A DNA stretch of 22,140 nucleotides, taken from IMG/VR virus record IMGVR_UViG_2579779149_000003. One strand, 5' to 3'. Below, piece by piece: positions 18,904-22,140 of this stretch; the first letter of the stretch is position 1; each line of letters begins with the position of its first letter. The notes beneath the pieces were generated by a model. The model had not been told where the DNA came from. It made no database searches and saw nothing but the letters and a program-made list of their open reading frames with translations. The stretch comes from a virus. Lineage: Duplodnaviria; Heunggongvirae; Uroviricota; Caudoviricetes. Both the position numbers and the translations under genes were made by a program.

Positions 18904-19329
18904 CTAGTAACGTCTAAAATACCTAACATTTCCCTGATAAAATGCCAGAATGCGCTGCATAACTTCGCTCTTCCGGCACTCGCGACAGATTATGTTTAGA
19001 CAACTATCGTAGCGACGTATTTCTCCGTCAGGTAATGACCAGATAAGGTCCGGATCAACCGCAGATGGTTTCTTCAGCTTTGCCCTTGAGAGCTTTTTAC
19101 GGGCATTTTGCCAGTCCTTACGCGCCTGTTCAGACGGGAATAACCCGTAACCAGAGTTGTATACATCGCCACTGGCAACCAGCTCTCTGGCCAGAACGTT
19201 CATCAGATATCTTGTTGCCCCAGTTTTAGTTTCCAGTTGTCTTAACGTCTCGCGCCCACTCTGGCGTACGAGTTCAACAACCTGCCCTTTAATTTTTTCC
19301 CGCTCTTCTTGTGTAAAAACTTTTGCCAC
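18904..19329 (-). CDS. Hypothetical 141-aa protein downstream of the replication initiator gene
   Basis: MAKVFTQEEREKIKGQVVELVRQSGRETLRQLETKTGATRYLMNVLARELVASGD... contains a Cys cluster CLNIICRECRK. It lies where a helicase loader (P/DnaC-like) would be expected but is too small and unlike either. Confidence 0.5.
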   Translation of the reverse strand: MAKVFTQEEREKIKGQVVELVRQSGRETLRQLETKTGATRYLMNVLARELVASGDVYNSGYGLFPSEQARKDWQNARKKLSRAKLKKPSAVDPDLIWSLPDGEIRRYDSCLNIICRECRKSEVMQRILAFYQGNVRYFRRY

Positions 19330-19369
19330 AAGCCCTCCTGAAAATTACCTCATGACCAGAAATTAACAC

Positions 19370-20458
19370 TTACCCCCTGAAGCCCGGCGGAATTTCGTTA
19401 TCCGGTTCAGAAATATGATTCACACAACGCTGGTTGTTCGTGCCGCTTACCGGGAGCAACCAGGGGTTCTCAAAATTCCGGTCCGGTCCAAAAAACGTCG
19501 TCGCTCGCTGAACAAATTCCGTTCCCGTTTTCCCGGTAGCCGCCAAGTATCTTGCGTAACGCCTCACGCCATCCAGCATGGCCTCTGGTGGCACCCCCTC
19601 GCGTAATCTGGCCTTCCAGGCACTGAAAGCGGATTTCTTCGGGTTTGCCCCAGCACGCAACGGGTACTCCCGCCAGACCTGTTCGAACACATCCGGATAA
19701 TCCACTCGTCCCACAGACTGCCCGGTGTTTTCCGGGACTACCCGATCGGCTTCCCGCTGAATGGCGGAATCGGCTTCGGGCTGCTGCAGTTGGTGTGATT
19801 GCTCCGGCCTTGCGGTCATCACCTGCTGCACAGCGCCCGAATCGGCTTTCAGCGCATACGCTGAATCGGCTTCCGGTGTCGTGCCTGCTGGCTGACCAAG
19901 ATTGACGGTCTGAACATCCCCTGCCTGGTTCGTGGCGTTTTTTACGCCATGGACCATAGTGTTTTGATCTTCTTGATCTGTATCTTTATCTGTATCTTTA
20001 TCTGTATCTTTATCTGTCGTGACTCGTCGTGACATGTGCGTGACATTTCGTGACGCGCCGTGACAATCGCCATTTTGTTCCCGCTTTCTTTCCCTCTCTC
20101 GCTGCGCCCTCTTGCGCTCTGCAGGAGATTTTGCGGTTTGCGAAATATTGCCGTTGTCCTCTTTAAGCACCTGGCGTTTTTCCCATCCAGTGATTAAATC
20201 ACCATCAAGTACCCGCCCCTGCATCGTCTGCAAAATTGAATCAATTACCTCTTCTGTCACGTCGAGCGCACTTGCCAAATCTTCTGTCGTGACATCAATG
20301 TGACCTCGCGTGACATTTCGTGACGCGCTCACCAGGAGGTGGATATACACTGCCATCACTGTTGCAATTGGCTGCCCTGACACCCTGGCAATTGTTCGCC
20401 ACTTAGGGTCATTTGGCATGTCATGCCATAATCTGAGCCAGGCGTTAGCCATACTCAC
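19370..20458 (-). CDS. Putative replication initiation protein (lambda O-like organisation: iterons inside the gene, O-like C-terminal motif), 362 aa
   Basis: The C-terminal region DVFEQVWREYPLRAGANPKKSAFSAWKARL...FFGPDRNFENPWLLP resembles the F-x-W-x-YP...K...W motif I recall from phage O-type replisome organisers. The gene contains two clusters of CGTGAC direct repeats at helical spacing and an adjacent AT-rich tandem repeat. Confidence 0.7.
   Translation of the reverse strand: MSMANAWLRLWHDMPNDPKWRTIARVSGQPIATVMAVYIHLLVSASRNVTRGHIDVTTEDLASALDVTEEVIDSILQTMQGRVLDGDLITGWEKRQVLKEDNGNISQTAKSPAERKRAQRERERKREQNGDCHGASRNVTHMSRRVTTDKDTDKDTDKDTDQEDQNTMVHGVKNATNQAGDVQTVNLGQPAGTTPEADSAYALKADSGAVQQVMTARPEQSHQLQQPEADSAIQREADRVVPENTGQSVGRVDYPDVFEQVWREYPLRAGANPKKSAFSAWKARLREGVPPEAMLDGVRRYARYLAATGKTGTEFVQRATTFFGPDRNFENPWLLPVSGTNNQRCVNHISEPDNEIPPGFRG
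19981..20016. repeat. AT-rich tandem repeat, 3 x 12 bp (TATCTTTATCTG), adjacent to the iterons (ori AT-rich region analogue)
   Basis: Three exact tandem copies at 19981..20016; on the minus strand they encode DKDTDKDTDKDTD within the initiator protein. Confidence 0.8.
20018..20064. repeat. Iteron cluster 1: five direct CGTGAC repeats at 10-11 bp spacing (putative ori)
   Basis: CGTGAC at 20018, 20028, 20039, 20049 and 20059. Includes the 21-mer GCGTGACATTTCGTGACGCGC that recurs in cluster 2. Confidence 0.75.
20256..20324. repeat. Iteron cluster 2: CGTGAC-type repeats (three direct plus one variant and one inverted copy)
   Basis: GTCACG (inverted) at 20256, CGTGAC at 20288, 20309 and 20319, and TGTGAC at 20299. 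Both clusters encode SRNVT-type peptide repeats in the initiator. Confidence 0.7.
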
Positions 20459-20523
20459 CTCTTTTGATACCGAATCTTTTTACTCACAAATTGCCGGAAG
20501 TGATCCGGTATGAATATTGCGAG

Positions 20524-20949
20524 TCAATGCACAGCCACAATATTTCCTGCAGGGCCACCACGATTCATCTGGTTGAAACCAGCGATCGCCACTGCGACAA
20601 AATCATCAGCGTCTCTCACCAGTCGTTCCCGCGTCTCCACTAGTTCCCGAAAATAGGCTGAGCTATGACTGCGCATTCGGGCCACCAGCAGAGGTGGCAT
20701 TGCTTTTTCGATAGCTGGTAACAACGCCTGAATTTTTTTAACCGCATCAGGGGTGTCTTTCTCCACCCAGCGGAAAATTTTCTGAGTATTGCGAGCCAGG
20801 GCTTCCGGATGGCTGTCGTCATACAGTTCTGGGAACGTCATACCCAGTTCAAAATAAGCCCTGGTTATTTCAGCTGCCGGAACTTTTTCACCGTCCGGAT
20901 GCGCCCAGGCATTCATCGCCATGCGGATGTGTTCATGCTTGATTTTCAT
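20524..20949 (-). CDS. YdaT-like protein (CII-position gene of Rac-type immunity regions), 141 aa
   Basis: Begins MKIKHEHI..., which I associate with Rac YdaT-family proteins; sits between the Cro-like gene and the replication initiator. Identity is from weak recollection plus position. Confidence 0.55.
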   Translation of the reverse strand: MKIKHEHIRMAMNAWAHPDGEKVPAAEITRAYFELGMTFPELYDDSHPEALARNTQKIFRWVEKDTPDAVKKIQALLPAIEKAMPPLLVARMRSHSSAYFRELVETRERLVRDADDFVAVAIAGFNQMNRGGPAGNIVAVH

Positions 20950-21214
20950 GAATCAAGCTCCTAGAAAGTGGTTGTGTTAACGTTTTGGTATCTTCCAGCT
21001 CGGGCCAAATATTCATCCAATCAAAAGGCCTTAGTTGCTGACGTGTAACTTCACCATTACTGGCTCGCTCAATAAGGACACATAACGATGCCCCTAACAC
21101 TTGACCTTTACTCAATGCCTTTCTTAGATAACCGATGCTGGTACCACACTCGCATGCAAACATACGCTGTTCATCTGACGAAAGAGAATTGAGAAATATT
21201 CTTAATTCTTCCAT
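20933..21214 (-). CDS. Cro-like HTH regulator (YdaS/DicC-position), 93 aa
   Basis: Transcribed divergently from the repressor; good SD (AAGGAG 6 nt upstream of ATG 21214); HTH-like segment GTSIGYLRKALSKGQ. Confidence 0.65.
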   Translation of the reverse strand: MEELRIFLNSLSSDEQRMFACECGTSIGYLRKALSKGQVLGASLCVLIERASNGEVTRQQLRPFDWMNIWPELEDTKTLTQPLSRSLIHENQA

Positions 21215-21243
21215 AGCTACTCCTTAGTAAACACAGTAAAGAA

Positions 21244-21294
21244 TACCCGCAGGTAAACAAAAGTCAATACCCACAGGTTGTTTACCTTGCGGTA
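21244..21294. promoter_or_regulatory. Divergent promoter/operator region (OR analogue) with three TACC-N5-GGTA-like 12-mers
   Basis: TACCCGCAGGTA (21244..21255), TACCCACAGGTT (21268..21279) and TACCTTGCGGTA (21283..21294) between the Cro-like and repressor genes. A TATTAT -10-like hexamer lies about 7 nt before the repressor ATG, suggesting a leaderless mRNA. Confidence 0.55.
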
Positions 21295-21314
21295 ATCGCA
21301 TCTATTATTTACCT

Positions 21315-21734
21315 ATGGACAAATATGAATTTAGACGACAGCAACTCATCAAAATTCGTGATGAGAAATGCGATGGTAAAGCGGTTAACGTGGCCAGAAA
21401 GATCGGGCGCGAGCCTTCTTATGTATCAAGAATGTTGTACCCAGAGGGGAAAAAGGGAAAAAAACGGATCGCTGATGATATGGTGGAGATTATCGAAGAG
21501 TCCTTTGGGTTACCCCGGGGATGGATGGATGGTATCGTTTCATCATCAACGAACACAGCCTCCAGTTATGAAACAAGGGTTCTAACGCCACGACAACGTA
21601 TTTTTTTAGATCTCTTAGACGAACTGCCAGAAAGTGAAGCGGATAACTTATTAAAAACTCTTGAAGAGAAAAAACAGTATTACAATATGATCTACGAAGA
21701 AATCCGTAAAAAGAAAGCACAAAACGCATCATAG
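21315..21734 (+). CDS. Prophage repressor (DicA/RacR-like HTH protein), 139 aa
   Basis: HTH GKAVNVARKIGREPSYVSRML; the C-terminal LTPRQRIFLDLLDELPESEADNLLKTLEEKKQYYNMIYEEI resembles the DicA tail (LSPKELELLELFNALPESEQDTQL...) as I recall it. Divergent from the Cro-like gene. Confidence 0.75.
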   Translation: MDKYEFRRQQLIKIRDEKCDGKAVNVARKIGREPSYVSRMLYPEGKKGKKRIADDMVEIIEESFGLPRGWMDGIVSSSTNTASSYETRVLTPRQRIFLDLLDELPESEADNLLKTLEEKKQYYNMIYEEIRKKKAQNAS

Positions 21735-21776
21735 CTCACCAAACAACTAGTCACCAGTTAAGACACCGCAAAAAGT

Positions 21777-21813
21777 TACCCATGGGTATTTACTTTTTAA
21801 ATACCTATGGGTA
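21777..21813. promoter_or_regulatory. Second operator pair (OL analogue) downstream of the repressor gene
   Basis: Perfect palindrome TACCCATGGGTA (21777..21788) and TACCTATGGGTA (21802..21813), same TACC-N5-GGTA family as the OR sites. A possible promoter (TTTACT, 17 bp, TATCCT) overlaps the second site. Confidence 0.5.
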
Positions 21814-21999
21814 TCCTTCTTTTCATACCAACCCACCCCGCCCCACAGAATGCAGGGCAATACTTCGAGTTACCAGGCAGTGGTCAGGGGTTAAGTAGCC
21901 AGCCCGAGGCGTAAGAACATGACGGCAGGGTTCAACTTTAATAACTATGCAGCAGGTTTTTGTTCCGCTACCCCGGCGTTAAGGGGAAATGAGGTCAGC

Positions 22000-22140
22000 A
22001 TGGATACTATCGATCTTGGCAACAACGAATCTCTGGTGTACGGCGTGTTTCCCAACCAGGACGGCACGTTCACCGCGATGACGTATACCAAAAGCAAAAC
22101 GTTTAAAACCGAAAATGGTGCCCGTCGCTGGCTGGAAAGA
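22000..22140 (+). CDS. Hypothetical protein, N-terminal 47 codons (gene runs off the window end)
   Basis: ATG at 22000 with GAGGT SD; translates MDTIDLGNNESLVYGVFPNQDGTFTAMTYTKSKTFKTENGARRWLER. It occupies the position of the first leftward early gene. Confidence 0.4.
   Translation, partial: MDTIDLGNNESLVYGVFPNQDGTFTAMTYTKSKTFKTENGARRWLER

Noticed and set aside
19981-20064. CRISPR-like array suggested by short tandem repeats
   Set aside because: Repeats are 6-12 bp, contiguous or at helical spacing with no unique spacers, and lie inside a coding sequence; they are iterons and an AT-rich tandem repeat.

Overview
This window is an internal segment of a mosaic lambdoid prophage (enterobacterial, E. 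coli-like), lying in reverse orientation to the standard lambda map; no integrase or att site is in the window. Reading the minus strand from high to low coordinates gives a Rac/DicA-like immunity region (repressor on +, then Cro-like and YdaT-like genes on -), a replication initiator with iteron clusters inside its coding sequence, a nin-like region (AT-rich orphan gene, hok, lipoprotein, DUF968-like, rusA, QuuD-like Q), four tandem tRNA genes, a phage-21-type lysis cassette (S21-like pinholin, SAR lysozyme) with lambda-like Rz/Rz1 and bor (+), an intact cos site, and a near-lambda head module (Nu1, A, W, B, C/Nu3, D, E, start of FI). Three AT-rich accessory insertions stand out as candidate undescribed systems: (1) a three-gene operon of predicted membrane proteins on the + strand, wedged antisense between Q and the tRNA/lysis late genes, where Stx phages carry stxAB; (2) a translationally coupled pair, a 66-aa protein plus a 300-aa ClpP-fold (S49/SDH-like) serine peptidase, between the lysis region and cos, preceded by a nested palindromic operator-like element; (3) an orphan AT-rich 345-aa gene in the nin-like region. 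Also notable are a GH19 endolysin remnant followed by an overlapped spanin-like gene pair, a repeated TACC-N5-GGTA-like operator motif on both sides of the repressor gene, and two non-canonical tRNAs. All protein identities are from reading the translations and recalling known families; no search, tRNAscan or GC computation was run, so family names carry that uncertainty.
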